IMG/VR virus record: IMGVR_UViG_3300046786_000086 | Coordinates: 1-29,797 of that record | Length of the DNA: 29,797 nt | Source: a virus | Taxonomy: Duplodnaviria > Caudoviricetes | Reading direction: 5' to 3' (one strand) | Shown: piece after piece, positions 5,341 to 15,693 of the stretch | How positions within the stretch are numbered: position 1 is the first letter of the stretch | Layout: each line of letters opens with the position of its first letter | Position numbers and translations under genes: made by a program | The notes under the pieces: model-generated | What the model was told of the DNA's origin: nothing | The model's input: the letters and a program-made list of their open reading frames with translations, nothing else | Databases searched by the model: none

Positions 5341-7512
5341 ATGCTGGATAAACAGAATGTAATCGTAGAGAACCTTGAGTCACCCTCTGGTAATCGTGGC
5401 CTCACCGAACAAGTCTGCCATGAAGTCTATGTAAAGATGGTAGATTACTTGAGACTTACACAGTCCAAAAATACATACAACCGCTTTACCGACTACCACT
5501 ACCTCAACATTCCTGTTTCCAATTCCACAGAACCAATCCGTGGCATTGACTACATTCAGCCAATTGTTGCGCCTGGTATTGATTACGCTACTGCCGTTAT
5601 CACCAAGTGCTTAATGCCTAATGGCAAAGTTAATTTTGAGTTTGAACGATTCAGTGAGCAAGATGGCGACCAAGCCCGTCAAGCTACTGAAATGGTCAAA
5701 TATATGCTCAACAGTAAAAATGACTCTTACCAAGTTATTCGTGACTGGGCACAAGATGCTTTGCTGCACAAAAACGGCATTGTGATGATTTCGCCCGTGC
5801 GCAACCCTATTACTCAATACAAAGAAGTTGAAGGTACTCGTGATCAATTGCGAGTGTTTGAAACTTTGGCGGGTGATAAAGGTTTGACCGCCAAACGTCA
5901 AAATATGCGTAAGGTTGATGTAAACCTTGAAGGCGCAATGCAAGAAGCCATGATGCCTGATGAGTCAGAAGTCATGCAAGAACCTAGCGGTGACGAGCTT
6001 GCTGAAGCACTGCACAACAACACAATCTATCGTGCCAAGTACAAGTTAACTGGCTACGAAACAACCATTAAAGTTAAGCACGTTGCACAACATTACTTTG
6101 TTTGCAACCCAACTATTTCCACCATTCAGGAACAAGACTTTGTGGGTTTTTATGACCCCATGACTATCCATGAGTGCAAAACACAATTCCCATTTGTAGA
6201 CTTGGAAAAGTTGGCTGACCATGCTGCTTATGGTCCTGCAGGTGCGTATCAAGCTGGCGCTTTGGAAAACGACTTGGCTCTCCATGCCCGTGATTCCACA
6301 CCAGTGCCAGGTCAAGGCGTGATTGCATCTCAAGGTGCAGACCGCTATAGCCGAGTCATCATGTTGACCACTGCTTGGATTCGCAGGGACATTGATGGCG
6401 ATGGCGAAGAAGAGATTGTTGAGTGCTGTTTCTCAGGCTCTTACATTTTGTATGCCAAGGAAGTTGATTTCATTCCTTTGGCAAATATGTGTCCAAAGCC
6501 CATCACAGGTAACTTCTTTGGTTACTCATTGGGTGAGCGTTTGGTTCCAATGCAGGAATATGCAACTGCTATCCGCAGGGCTGAAATGTCCTTTGCTATG
6601 CAGTCATCGACTCCCCGCATTGGTGTCAATCCTGAGTTCTTGGATGCCGAAGAGATTCAGCGTGGCGTAAGTGCTATGTTTATCTTGGATCGTAAGTTTG
6701 ATCCTACCAAACACGTTTTTGAGTTCCAACCCATGCAAGGTAACTTGGGTTATGTTGAATCTGCCATGGCTCGTTTTGAGTCAGACAAAATGGCAATGAT
6801 TGGCATGACAAGCCCAACAGATACCATGAACCCTGAAGTAATGAAAGACGGAAACTCCGGCTTTAAGCTTCAGTTGGCTATGGGTCCTAACCAGTTAATC
6901 CAAGATGAGATGGTTAAGAATTGCGCCATTGGTTTGCGTGATGCCATCTACATTATGTGGAAGACTTTGATTCAGTACTCTGACGATTACAACATTCAAC
7001 AGTTGGCTGGCACTTGTCTCAAAGGCGCACCATTTATGGATGCCTTGTCGGTTGAAAACTTTGAGTTTATTGATCGCAAGATGATCAACATCGACTTGGC
7101 TTTGGGTTTCTTGTCTGAGGAAAACCGCCTGACACGCCAACAGATGATTTTGCAAGCTCAACAACAGTTTGCTCAATCTATGATGATGGTTCCACCCGAA
7201 GTGCCTGAAATGTTCATTAAGGTTCGCAGACCTTTTGAAGACACTTTGCGTGTTCTGGGTGTTAAAGATGTTGATGCTTATCTGCCTACATTTGAAGAAG
7301 CAGCTAAGATTATTCAGGCTTCCATGTCTAAAGATCCATCACCTGAACAGCAAGAAATGCAATCTAAGGTTGCTTTGAACAATGCAAAAGTTCAGGAAAG
7401 CGGATCAGTAACTGCTTTGAATATGAAGAAGGCAGAAGACATTGATATGGATAACTATTACGAAGGTTTGGCAGCTAAGAGAGGCAAACTTAGTGCCGTT
7501 CAAATAGATTAA
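5341..7512 (+). CDS. Portal protein
   Basis: 723 aa directly after terL; DALLHKNGIV, DIDGDGEEE, FFGYSLGERLVPMQ segments; Gln-rich coiled C-terminus typical of podovirus portals. Confidence 0.9.
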   Translation: MLDKQNVIVENLESPSGNRGLTEQVCHEVYVKMVDYLRLTQSKNTYNRFTDYHYLNIPVSNSTEPIRGIDYIQPIVAPGIDYATAVITKCLMPNGKVNFEFERFSEQDGDQARQATEMVKYMLNSKNDSYQVIRDWAQDALLHKNGIVMISPVRNPITQYKEVEGTRDQLRVFETLAGDKGLTAKRQNMRKVDVNLEGAMQEAMMPDESEVMQEPSGDELAEALHNNTIYRAKYKLTGYETTIKVKHVAQHYFVCNPTISTIQEQDFVGFYDPMTIHECKTQFPFVDLEKLADHAAYGPAGAYQAGALENDLALHARDSTPVPGQGVIASQGADRYSRVIMLTTAWIRRDIDGDGEEEIVECCFSGSYILYAKEVDFIPLANMCPKPITGNFFGYSLGERLVPMQEYATAIRRAEMSFAMQSSTPRIGVNPEFLDAEEIQRGVSAMFILDRKFDPTKHVFEFQPMQGNLGYVESAMARFESDKMAMIGMTSPTDTMNPEVMKDGNSGFKLQLAMGPNQLIQDEMVKNCAIGLRDAIYIMWKTLIQYSDDYNIQQLAGTCLKGAPFMDALSVENFEFIDRKMINIDLALGFLSEENRLTRQQMILQAQQQFAQSMMMVPPEVPEMFIKVRRPFEDTLRVLGVKDVDAYLPTFEEAAKIIQASMSKDPSPEQQEMQSKVALNNAKVQESGSVTALNMKKAEDIDMDNYYEGLAAKRGKLSAVQID

Positions 7513-7520
7513 GGATTGCA

Positions 7521-7850
7521 ATGAAAAGCTTGGTATTGAATATTCGTGATTACTTTAATCGCAGAACAAAAATTGTAGACACTTATAAGGAGGCCAATGT
7601 AAATCGAAAGGCTCTGGTTATTGAAAATGCAGAGTGCGCTAGTCGACTCTTAAAGAATGATGATTTTGCTTTGTTGTTTAACCTTTACAGGTTTTACTTA
7701 CTCGAGCTTTTGGAAGAAAGCAAAGAGGATGCAGAACGAATTAATAATGCACAGCGTGTTGCCGGAGTCCGAGACTTCATTGAGTTTATAGAACGAACTG
7801 AATATCTCGGTAAGGTAGCCAACAAAAATGTTGAAACTTTAACGAAATAA
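7521..7850 (+). CDS. Hypothetical helical protein between portal and scaffold
   Basis: AAGGA RBS; position typical of podovirus head modules. Confidence 0.8.
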   Translation: MKSLVLNIRDYFNRRTKIVDTYKEANVNRKALVIENAECASRLLKNDDFALLFNLYRFYLLELLEESKEDAERINNAQRVAGVRDFIEFIERTEYLGKVANKNVETLTK

Positions 7851-7858
7851 GGTAATAT

Positions 7859-8968
7859 ATGTCAGACGTAATCGCAAATGCGACCGCCACTGAGCAAACT
7901 GGTGTGAATCCTGTAGATGCTATCGCAGGGATGATTGCCGCCAACAGGCGTAACAACCCCCAACCCGAAGCAGTTACACCACCAGCAGGACAAGAAGAGG
8001 CGCAAGCCAAATCCCCTGAGGCGACTCCTGAGGAAGGAATCGAACCTGAAGATGGTATTGACGGGACTACAGAACCTGTAAATGAAGAAAGTGCGGATGA
8101 GGCCACCGATGGTGTAACCGACCCAGTCAATTTCTTGGAATTTGCAGAGCAAAATCCTGACATGATGTGGAGAATTCCCAATAAGGATGCCGAAGGCGGT
8201 TTTATTGAGATTCCTGTATCAAAAGCAGCTGCTATTCTGGGTCAAGGAAGTGCTATCCATGAGAATGCTCGTAAGCTTAAAGCCGAAAAAGCAGATTTTG
8301 AAGAATACGAAAGTAAGCGCAGGGCTGAACTAGATGGTCTGCAAATAGGGTTGGAATTAACTGTTGTTCCTCAACTGCAAGCTGCGGCTGATGAACTGGT
8401 AAAAATCCAACAATATAACCAGCAATGGAAGCAGATTTACGACAATGCCACTGATGACATTCGTAGAAGCGAAGCTGAAGCAGCAATGCGACAGAACAAC
8501 GAATTAATCAAGGAAAAGTCGGAGTTCATTCAGGCAAATCGACCAAAGGTTCAACAGTTTTTTGATCAGAGAAGCCAGTTTGTAAAAGACCAACTTGAGC
8601 AAGCTAGACAAAATTTCTCAGACAAAGAATTGGCGAACAAGGCAGTTTTTACCGAGATTCGGGACAAATTGTCTAAAGATTGGAAGGGCGCAGGTAGCAC
8701 GTTTGTTCCTGGTGTGCCAAATATTGATTTGGTGTCCAGTGACGAATATTTACTGGGATTGATTCGGGATGGTATGAAATTCCGAGAAGGACCTAAAGTG
8801 AAGAATGCAGGAGGTTCATTGGCAGCAGCTAGTAAACCAATGGCTCGTGGAAAAACCGCACCTGAAGATAAGACAGTGGAACTTCAAAAGAAAGCTCAAT
8901 CTGGCGATAAGAATGCGGCTCGTGACCTTTTAGCAACATTGCTTGCAGCTAATAAACGCAAGCGTTAA
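7859..8968 (+). CDS. Capsid scaffolding protein
   Basis: Acidic disordered N-terminus, long coiled coil, basic C-terminus with GDKNAA..L; immediately before the capsid gene. Confidence 0.8.
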   Translation: MSDVIANATATEQTGVNPVDAIAGMIAANRRNNPQPEAVTPPAGQEEAQAKSPEATPEEGIEPEDGIDGTTEPVNEESADEATDGVTDPVNFLEFAEQNPDMMWRIPNKDAEGGFIEIPVSKAAAILGQGSAIHENARKLKAEKADFEEYESKRRAELDGLQIGLELTVVPQLQAAADELVKIQQYNQQWKQIYDNATDDIRRSEAEAAMRQNNELIKEKSEFIQANRPKVQQFFDQRSQFVKDQLEQARQNFSDKELANKAVFTEIRDKLSKDWKGAGSTFVPGVPNIDLVSSDEYLLGLIRDGMKFREGPKVKNAGGSLAAASKPMARGKTAPEDKTVELQKKAQSGDKNAARDLLATLLAANKRKR

Positions 8969-8980
8969 TCAGGAGATACT

Positions 8981-10138
8981 ATGTCTACTATTACATCTAC
9001 CACGCTAGGCAACGGTAATGGTGCCTATGCAACCGACATCGTGGTTAAAGACCTCGATATGACAGTTTCTAACTATGTTAAGGATCGTACACCGATCACT
9101 AACATGGCTATGAGCAAAAAGCGCAAAGTTAACTCAACTCTGCACATTTGGCCTATCGACTACTTCCGCACTCCCACTTTGAACGCAAAGTTGGAAGGCG
9201 CATCAGTTGAGTCTTCTGCTGCTGAATCCAACACCCGTGCTAACTGCGGTAACTACACACAGATTTTCACAACTGTGATTGGTGCTACAGGTACAGCTCG
9301 TGCCGTTGAACAAGCTGGTGGTGACCCACAGGCATATCAAGAAGTCAAGCAATTGACTGAGATCATGTTTGACGTTGAGTTGCAGATGGTTCGTGCCGAT
9401 GGCGCTTCTATCAAGTACTCTGGTCAAGCCGCTACTCAAGGTACTACACCTAACAATGGCCGCCGTTTTGGTTCTTTGTATTCTTTTGCCGGTACACGTT
9501 CAGGTAACCCTGCTGACGGCACATCAATCTTGAACTTGGCTGCTTCTGATGGTGATGACACAACCACAGCTACTGCTACTAACACACCTTTCAATGGCGT
9601 GTTGAGCAACTCTGGTTTGGGTTATTTCAGTATCGGTACTGGTGAGACACTGCAACCTTTCAGCCCTGTGCTGTACAAGCAGTTGGTTACCACCGCTGAA
9701 CAACGCTTTAACGCAAAAATCACTAACATGGTTGTTGCGACTTCAATGCGTACAGCGATCTCTGACAACATTCCTCAGAGCCGTTCTATCAACCGTTTTA
9801 ACCCTGCTGACAAGGGCGACACGATTGGTACATACGAAGGTGACTTCAACTACACCTACCAGATCGATGACAACTGGGTTATGGACCAAACTGGCGCTGA
9901 CAACACTAGCGTCTTGTTCCTGAACCCTGACGTTATCCAGTGGGGTTCCTTGCGTGAACTCGGTCCTAACAACGAAGTGTTCTCAAATGCTGACGCTTCT
10001 TTGGATCAGTACATCATGGAAGGTACATTGATCGTTCGTAACCCCGCAGGTGTTGCTGTGTTGGCCTCCATCACACCAACTGGTTCTGTGGTTACTACTC
10101 CACGTAACAGCGCTTACGTTAAGCGTTATTTGACCTAA
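8981..10138 (+). CDS. Major capsid protein (SU10/DUF5309-like, HK97 fold)
   Basis: AGGAG RBS; TP..NM, H-x-W..D, NAKLEG, R...GNYTQIF, AYQ..K....I..DVE and EGTL-x-VRNP motifs; strongly biased codon use. Confidence 0.9.
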   Translation: MSTITSTTLGNGNGAYATDIVVKDLDMTVSNYVKDRTPITNMAMSKKRKVNSTLHIWPIDYFRTPTLNAKLEGASVESSAAESNTRANCGNYTQIFTTVIGATGTARAVEQAGGDPQAYQEVKQLTEIMFDVELQMVRADGASIKYSGQAATQGTTPNNGRRFGSLYSFAGTRSGNPADGTSILNLAASDGDDTTTATATNTPFNGVLSNSGLGYFSIGTGETLQPFSPVLYKQLVTTAEQRFNAKITNMVVATSMRTAISDNIPQSRSINRFNPADKGDTIGTYEGDFNYTYQIDDNWVMDQTGADNTSVLFLNPDVIQWGSLRELGPNNEVFSNADASLDQYIMEGTLIVRNPAGVAVLASITPTGSVVTTPRNSAYVKRYLT

Positions 10139-10147
10139 TTTCAGGTC

Positions 10148-10183
10148 TTTCTGAAGGGGGTGGGCAACCGCCCTCTTTGGAAA
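10148..10183 (+). terminator. 16-bp hairpin with GCAA tetraloop after the capsid gene (attenuator/stabiliser)
   Basis: TTTCTGAAGGGGGTGG-GCAA-CCGCCCTCTTTGGAAA pairs fully, using G-U wobbles; only a short internal T run. Confidence 0.6.
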
Positions 10184-10199
10184 TATCTGGAGTAATGCA

Positions 10200-10700
10200 A
10201 TGAATGATGATCAACCAGCAGAAGTAAACGAAGACTACTATCTCAAGGGCAATCTTGAGGCGGGTGTAGATGGCGTTTTCCGTCAAAATGACAAGTTGTT
10301 CAACGAAGTAAAGTCTGGCACTTGGTCGCAAACCTTTAAAACCAACAATATTGACTATAAAGTCGGTGCTATTGATGGCGAGCGGTATGTTCAATACGAC
10401 CAAAAGAACGTAGAAGCCATTCGTGAGTATTGCAAAGGCCGTAGAGAGTTCTACAAAATGATTGGCACTACAGATAATCCATTTTTTGCTGGCACTTTTG
10501 AAGCTATGAACCTTCCTAAGTGTTTTGCACATGAAATTAGTGGTAAGTGGTTCAACAATCGCCCTTGGGAATTGATCAAACACGATAAGGCAGACAAAAT
10601 TATGTTTTATGCCATCGTGAATCAATATTACAGCGATTTTGTGTGCCACCCTAGCGGAAAAATACCACTCCCCTATAATCCCCTTGTCAAGACGAAATAA
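10200..10700 (+). CDS. Hypothetical head-module protein
   Basis: GGAG RBS; between capsid and adaptor genes. Confidence 0.8.
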   Translation: MNDDQPAEVNEDYYLKGNLEAGVDGVFRQNDKLFNEVKSGTWSQTFKTNNIDYKVGAIDGERYVQYDQKNVEAIREYCKGRREFYKMIGTTDNPFFAGTFEAMNLPKCFAHEISGKWFNNRPWELIKHDKADKIMFYAIVNQYYSDFVCHPSGKIPLPYNPLVKTK

Positions 10701-10709
10701 GGATGCGCT

Positions 10710-11696
10710 ATGGCTCTTTTCATCCAATCCGGTAACGCTTTAGTTAGCCGTGTAGCCCAATGGGTCGGAGCCATTCCATCTTCAATTGAAATTAATGCAA
10801 CGGCATTTAACGCAAACACAAGCGTAATTACTGCCTCTGCTTCTGTCGCTGCTCAAGTCTTAGTTGGCGACTTTATCGGACCTAGCGTTTTAAAGCCATT
10901 TACAACTGTTTTGGCAGTTAATGGTACTAGCATCACAGTTAGCGATGTTGAAGGCATCTGGGAAGGCACAACCTATCCTACAGCCATCCTAAAACTGCCT
11001 ACGCAATCCACTACAGAGATTCTGTCTTGCATTCAATTGTGCGAACTCAAAATGCGTACTATTGAATTACCTGCATTGCGTACAGACCCATATGGTGATT
11101 TGCCAACTATTTTGTTGACAGACGAGCAGGGCATGGCAGACATTCCTGCCGACATGAACAAGCCTATTTTGTTCTTCCAAGAAACACCTAATACGCAAGT
11201 TCCACCAGGCACACCTGCTGCCTCCATGGGTCCTTGGATTATTTATGACCGAGTTGGTGACCGAGAGATTATTCGTAGACGAATGATTGACCAACTGTAT
11301 GTTCGACCATTTGGTGTTCCGCGTGTGATTCGTGCTTCATTCTCTGAAGTTGGTCAGCGTTATGTGTTTACGCCTAATCCTGGCAAAGACGTAGAAATCA
11401 AAGCTTACTATCAGCGAACATTTCCATTTTTGTTTGGTCCAACTGGTGATGAACTTGACCCAATTGTTCAAAATAATGCTTGCCTTGCCTCCTTCCCTGA
11501 AGGCTATATGTATGGCACATTATGGGCTTATTACGACAAGAATAAAAACAACGAAGAAGCTCAAAAATGGATTTCTCGTTATGAAGATTCTTATGGTTTG
11601 ATTGAAGATCAGAACTTCAAAGGAAAGTGGCTTGGAGGCGATCAGCATTTGACAAGCGAATTCCAACCTCGCAACTACAGATACAGCTTCAAGTAA
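10710..11696 (+). CDS. Head-tail adaptor / tail tubular protein A-like
   Basis: V..W N-terminus, IQLCE..M, F-x-P-x-P....EI..YY and P..YMYG-x-L motifs of podovirus adaptors; synteny. Confidence 0.7.
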   Translation: MALFIQSGNALVSRVAQWVGAIPSSIEINATAFNANTSVITASASVAAQVLVGDFIGPSVLKPFTTVLAVNGTSITVSDVEGIWEGTTYPTAILKLPTQSTTEILSCIQLCELKMRTIELPALRTDPYGDLPTILLTDEQGMADIPADMNKPILFFQETPNTQVPPGTPAASMGPWIIYDRVGDREIIRRRMIDQLYVRPFGVPRVIRASFSEVGQRYVFTPNPGKDVEIKAYYQRTFPFLFGPTGDELDPIVQNNACLASFPEGYMYGTLWAYYDKNKNNEEAQKWISRYEDSYGLIEDQNFKGKWLGGDQHLTSEFQPRNYRYSFK

Positions 11697-11705
11697 GGAA
11701 TAAAA

Positions 11706-13247
11706 ATGGCTACAAGCGGCATTTACGGAACTTCTTCCGAATCAGTTGGGCTGTATGGCAACACAACAAACTTTGGTGGCACATATTTCGAGTGGTTTAT
11801 TTTCCAAGATTCAGCTACTCAACCTGCCACGCCAACAGGCGGTTCTTGGAATTTTTCTACCAACACTGGTTTAGCCCCAACTGGTTGGTCATCTGAGCCG
11901 CCACCAAATCCTGTTTACACAATTTGGTTTTCTATTGCGCTTGTTAACTCACGAAATGGTTTGCCATTAGTTTGGACTGAACCTGCTCCATTTGCTGGCG
12001 CACAAGGACCCACAGGCCCCACAGGAAGCGCAGGACCAACAGGTCCAACTGGAGCCGCATCTACAGTTGCAGGACCCACTGGCGCTACAGGCAATACTGG
12101 ACCAACAGGTCCTACAGGCGCAGCTAGTACTGCCGCAGGTCCTACAGGTCCCACAGGTGCTACTGGTGCAGGAACAACTGGCCCGACTGGTCCAACTGGT
12201 GCTGCTTCAAGTGTTGCAGGACCAACAGGTGCAACAGGTCCGACAGGCGCAACAGGCGCTGCTTCCACAGTAGCAGGGCCCACTGGTCCAACAGGTTCAG
12301 CAGGTGCATCAATTACTGGGCCTACAGGCGCTTCAGGTATTGTAGGACCCACAGGCCCCACAGGCGCATTGGGACCCACAGGACCTGGTGGTGCATTGGC
12401 ACATTGGGGTTCTTTCTGGTCAACACAAGATCAAGCAGCCGCCAATACTACAACTGCTTATGCAATGACATTTAACAACACTGACGCTAATTCAAATGGC
12501 GTTAGTATTGTTAGCAATAGTCGAATTACATTTGCTTCTGCAGGTGTTTACGACATTCAATTTTCAGCACAAGCAGATAGAGTTTCAGGCTCTGGGACTG
12601 ACACTATTGACATTTGGTTTAGAAAAAATGGTGTTGATGTTGCAGATAGCAATACTATCGTAACTGTTTCAGGTGGTGCTGTTGCTGCTAAAACTGTTGC
12701 CGCATGGAATTATGTATTGCAATTAAATGCAAGTGATTATGTTGAATTGATGTGGAGAACATCAAACATCAATCTTGAGTTAATTGCTGATCCTGCAGGA
12801 ACTAGCCCAACACGCCCTGCCATTCCTAGCGTTATTGCTAGTGCTACTCAGGTGATGTACACCAACCTTGGTCCTACAGGTTCTTCAGGACCTACTGGCC
12901 CCACAGGTGCATCAGGAACATCTATCACCGGCCCAACAGGTCCCACTGGAGCTACTGGTGCGGCATCCACTGTTGCGGGTCCCACAGGCCCCACAGGCGC
13001 AAACGGAGCTGTTGGACCTACAGGCCCCACAGGCGTAGCAGGACCCACAGGACCTACGGGCGCAGACTCAACAGTAGCGGGACCAACAGGACCCACTGGC
13101 GCACTTGGCCCAACGGGACCCACAGGTGCTGCATCTTCTGTGGCGGGACCCACTGGACCTACAGGATCACTTGGCCCCACAGGACCTACAGGACCTGGTG
13201 TCACAACTGGTAAGAGCATCGCAATGGCGATGATTTTTGGCTTCTAA
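11706..13247 (+). CDS. Collagen-like fibre protein with a central C1q/BclA-CTD-like beta domain
   Basis: Two Gly-X-Thr (GPT/GAT) tracts at ~11997-12390 and ~12870-13200; central RITF...[10 protein letters not shown]...[11 protein letters not shown] domain; C-terminal [11 protein letters not shown]. Confidence 0.9.
   Translation: MATSGIYGTSSESVGLYGNTTNFGGTYFEWFIFQDSATQPATPTGGSWNFSTNTGLAPTGWSSEPPPNPVYTIWFSIALVNSRNGLPLVWTEPAPFAGAQGPTGPTGSAGPTGPTGAASTVAGPTGATGNTGPTGPTGAASTAAGPTGPTGATGAGTTGPTGPTGAASSVAGPTGATGPTGATGAASTVAGPTGPTGSAGASITGPTGASGIVGPTGPTGALGPTGPGGALAHWGSFWSTQDQAAANTTTAYAMTFNNTDANSNGVSIVSNSRITFASAGVYDIQFSAQADRVSGSGTDTIDIWFRKNGVDVADSNTIVTVSGGAVAAKTVAAWNYVLQLNASDYVELMWRTSNINLELIADPAGTSPTRPAIPSVIASATQVMYTNLGPTGSSGPTGPTGASGTSITGPTGPTGATGAASTVAGPTGPTGANGAVGPTGPTGVAGPTGPTGADSTVAGPTGPTGALGPTGPTGAASSVAGPTGPTGSLGPTGPTGPGVTTGKSIAMAMIFGF
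11997..13200 (+). repeat. Collagen-coding 9-bp degenerate repeats (GGN-CCN-ACN) in two blocks
   Basis: Directly visible, e.g. ggacccacaggccccacagga; interrupted by the 12390-12870 domain. Confidence 0.9.
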
Positions 13248-13256
13248 GGAAAAATT

Positions 13257-13652
13257 ATGGCAAATCCAAACATCGTCAACGTAACGACCATTTACGGAAC
13301 GACAACTTATTACACACCAACAGGTACAACGGCAGTAGTGTTGCTTCCTAATGCGGCTGCTTCTGGCAAAGTTTACAAGATTAATCAGATTGTGTGTGCC
13401 AATGTAAATGGATCGTCTGCGGTTAATGCGACTGTTTCTGTTTACACGAATGGTGCGGTAGCGCAAGGTTCTGCGCCTAGCGGTGGTACTGCTTATCCAG
13501 TTATTTCTACTGTTTCTGTTCCTGCCAATGCTTCATTGATTGCTGTGGACAAAACAACTGCAATTTATCTACAAGAAGGTACTTCAATTGTTGTGACCTC
13601 TGGTACTGCCAGTGGGATAACATACAGCATTTCATACGAAGACATTTCTTGA
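13257..13652 (+). CDS. Small beta-rich virion structural protein (MANPNIV type)
   Basis: AAGGA RBS; Thr/Val/Ala-rich jelly-roll-like sequence following the fibre gene. Confidence 0.75.
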   Translation: MANPNIVNVTTIYGTTTYYTPTGTTAVVLLPNAAASGKVYKINQIVCANVNGSSAVNATVSVYTNGAVAQGSAPSGGTAYPVISTVSVPANASLIAVDKTTAIYLQEGTSIVVTSGTASGITYSISYEDIS

Positions 13653-13665
13653 TTGAAGGGGTTTT

Positions 13666-15684
13666 ATGTCCTTACGCTATAAAGGTGCAAGAATTTCTGC
13701 CACACCTCCTACAACCACTGGCGGTGAATCAGGTGTTGCTAGTGGCGCATGGACATTAGAACAACAATTTCAAGCTCAAGGTGCGGGTAATTGGCCTGAA
13801 CCTGTTCAACCTAAATACATCGAGGATGTGTTTAGTACATGGCTTTATTCTGGTACAGGTTCTGCCCAAACAATCACCAATAGCATTGATTTGTCTACTA
13901 AAGGTGGATTGGTTTGGATTAAATCTCGTGAAACATATTCACATCGTATTTTTGATACGGCTCGTGGTGTTGGAAAAACAATTTCTTCAAACAGTACAGG
14001 GGCACAGTTTACCGATACCACAATGTTGTCGGGATTTAACACTACCGGTTTTAACCTTGGGGTTGATTCGTCTGGTGGTGTTAATGACTCTGGTTACACA
14101 TTTGCCTCATGGACATTCCGCAAGCAACCAAAGTTTTTTGATGTTGTGACTTATACGGGAAATGGTGTTGCGGGTAGAACTATTGCGCACAATCTTGGCT
14201 CTGTGCCTGGATGCATTATTGTTAAGGCGACTAGCAATACAGCGGAAGGATTGGTTTACCATCAAGCATTAGGAAACACTAAATATCTAACATTGTTTTC
14301 TGCGGCAAATGGTGCTAATGCAGCAGATACTTGGAGTGGTGCATGGAATAACACATCACCAACATCTACTAACTTTACCGTAGGATCAGGTTCAAATGTT
14401 AACGCTGATGGATGGACATTTGTCGCATATCTATTCGCCCACGACGCAGGAGGCTTTGGTCTGACTGGTTCAGACAATGTGATTTCGTGTGGGTCTTATA
14501 CAGCTACTGGAAATGACACAATTAACCTTGGCTATGAACCTCAATGGCTTCTTGAAAAACGAGTAACCAATGCTGGCGATGATTGGCAAATCGTTGACAA
14601 CATGCGTGGGTTTTCAATGACTAATGGCGTAATATTAGCTCCTAACACCAGTGCGTCAGAAACTAGTTTTGGGGCGTTTAGACAACCTACATCAACTGGT
14701 TATATTAATTCTTATTGGGGCAGCGGAACTATCATCTACATAGCCATTCGTAGAGGCCCGATGAAAGTGCCTACGGATGCGACTAAGGTGTTTAATGCTC
14801 AAGCAGGACTTACCACGGATTCAACAAAAACAACAACTGGTTTTGTAACCGACTGGTTTTGGGAAAGAGCTGCTTACAACGGAACAGGAAGTTTTCAATG
14901 TTCTCAGCGTCTTACTCAAACTAGACTTACATTTAATTCAACAGCAGCAGAAGGTGGCCCATACGGGGCTGGCTATTTGATGTTTGACTATAACGATGGG
15001 TTTTTGTCAAATCTGTCTGGAACAATCAACCCAGGTTTAATGTATGGCTTCCAACGTGCCCCTAGCTTCTTTGATGAGGTTTGCTATACAGGGACGTATC
15101 CAACTGTAAACACGCAAACTCACAATTTAGGTGTCGCACCAGAATTAATGATTGTTAAAAGACGAGATTCAACATCTCAATGGTCTGTTTATTCGTTGGC
15201 ATGGCTTAATTCTCTTGGTTTAAAAAATCGGTATGGCGTTTTAAACGCAACAGACAGTTTGTATGCGACAGATACCGATATTTGGAATAATACACTTGCA
15301 ACATCAAGTTCATTCCAAGTTAATGCAAATGCTACAAATGCAAATGGTGGAACTTTTGTAGCTTATTTATTTGCAACCTGTGCTGGCGTAAGTAAATGTG
15401 GTTTGTACACAGGCACGGGGTCAACGCAAACTATTGATTGTGGCTTTACTGGCGGGGCAAGGTTTGTATTAGTTAAGCGTGCAGACTCAACAGGCGACTG
15501 GTACGTCTGGGACACAGCCCGTGGCATGGTGTCTGGTACAGACCCATCATTGTTGCTCAACAGTACTGCTGCTGAAGTTAACGCCAATAGCATTTACACT
15601 GCCACAACAGGATTCCAGATTGTGTCAACAGCTGCAGGAATTAATGCAAGCGGTGGAACCTACATATTCTTGGCTATTGCCTAA
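13666..15684 (+). CDS. Beta-rich virion/fibre-associated protein, paralogue 1
   Basis: Internal repeats FFD-x-V-x-YTG...H-x-LG..P..IIVK and W...D..RG; ends GGTYIFLAIA. Confidence 0.8.
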   Translation: MSLRYKGARISATPPTTTGGESGVASGAWTLEQQFQAQGAGNWPEPVQPKYIEDVFSTWLYSGTGSAQTITNSIDLSTKGGLVWIKSRETYSHRIFDTARGVGKTISSNSTGAQFTDTTMLSGFNTTGFNLGVDSSGGVNDSGYTFASWTFRKQPKFFDVVTYTGNGVAGRTIAHNLGSVPGCIIVKATSNTAEGLVYHQALGNTKYLTLFSAANGANAADTWSGAWNNTSPTSTNFTVGSGSNVNADGWTFVAYLFAHDAGGFGLTGSDNVISCGSYTATGNDTINLGYEPQWLLEKRVTNAGDDWQIVDNMRGFSMTNGVILAPNTSASETSFGAFRQPTSTGYINSYWGSGTIIYIAIRRGPMKVPTDATKVFNAQAGLTTDSTKTTTGFVTDWFWERAAYNGTGSFQCSQRLTQTRLTFNSTAAEGGPYGAGYLMFDYNDGFLSNLSGTINPGLMYGFQRAPSFFDEVCYTGTYPTVNTQTHNLGVAPELMIVKRRDSTSQWSVYSLAWLNSLGLKNRYGVLNATDSLYATDTDIWNNTLATSSSFQVNANATNANGGTFVAYLFATCAGVSKCGLYTGTGSTQTIDCGFTGGARFVLVKRADSTGDWYVWDTARGMVSGTDPSLLLNSTAAEVNANSIYTATTGFQIVSTAAGINASGGTYIFLAIA

Positions 15685-15693
15685 GGACAGAAC

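Noticed and set aside
6385-6420. EF-hand-like DIDGDGEEE in the portal
   Set aside because: A DxDGDG loop is a familiar feature of this portal type; not evidence of a new function
10120-10202. Programmed frameshift or readthrough extending the capsid protein
   Set aside because: No canonical slippery heptamer; readthrough stops at a TAA before the next gene, and the next gene's frame has a TGA at 10152
11915-13219. Minus-strand collagen-like ORFs (GPV repeats)
   Set aside because: Antisense shadow of GGN-CCN-ACN codons; no independent RBS or domain
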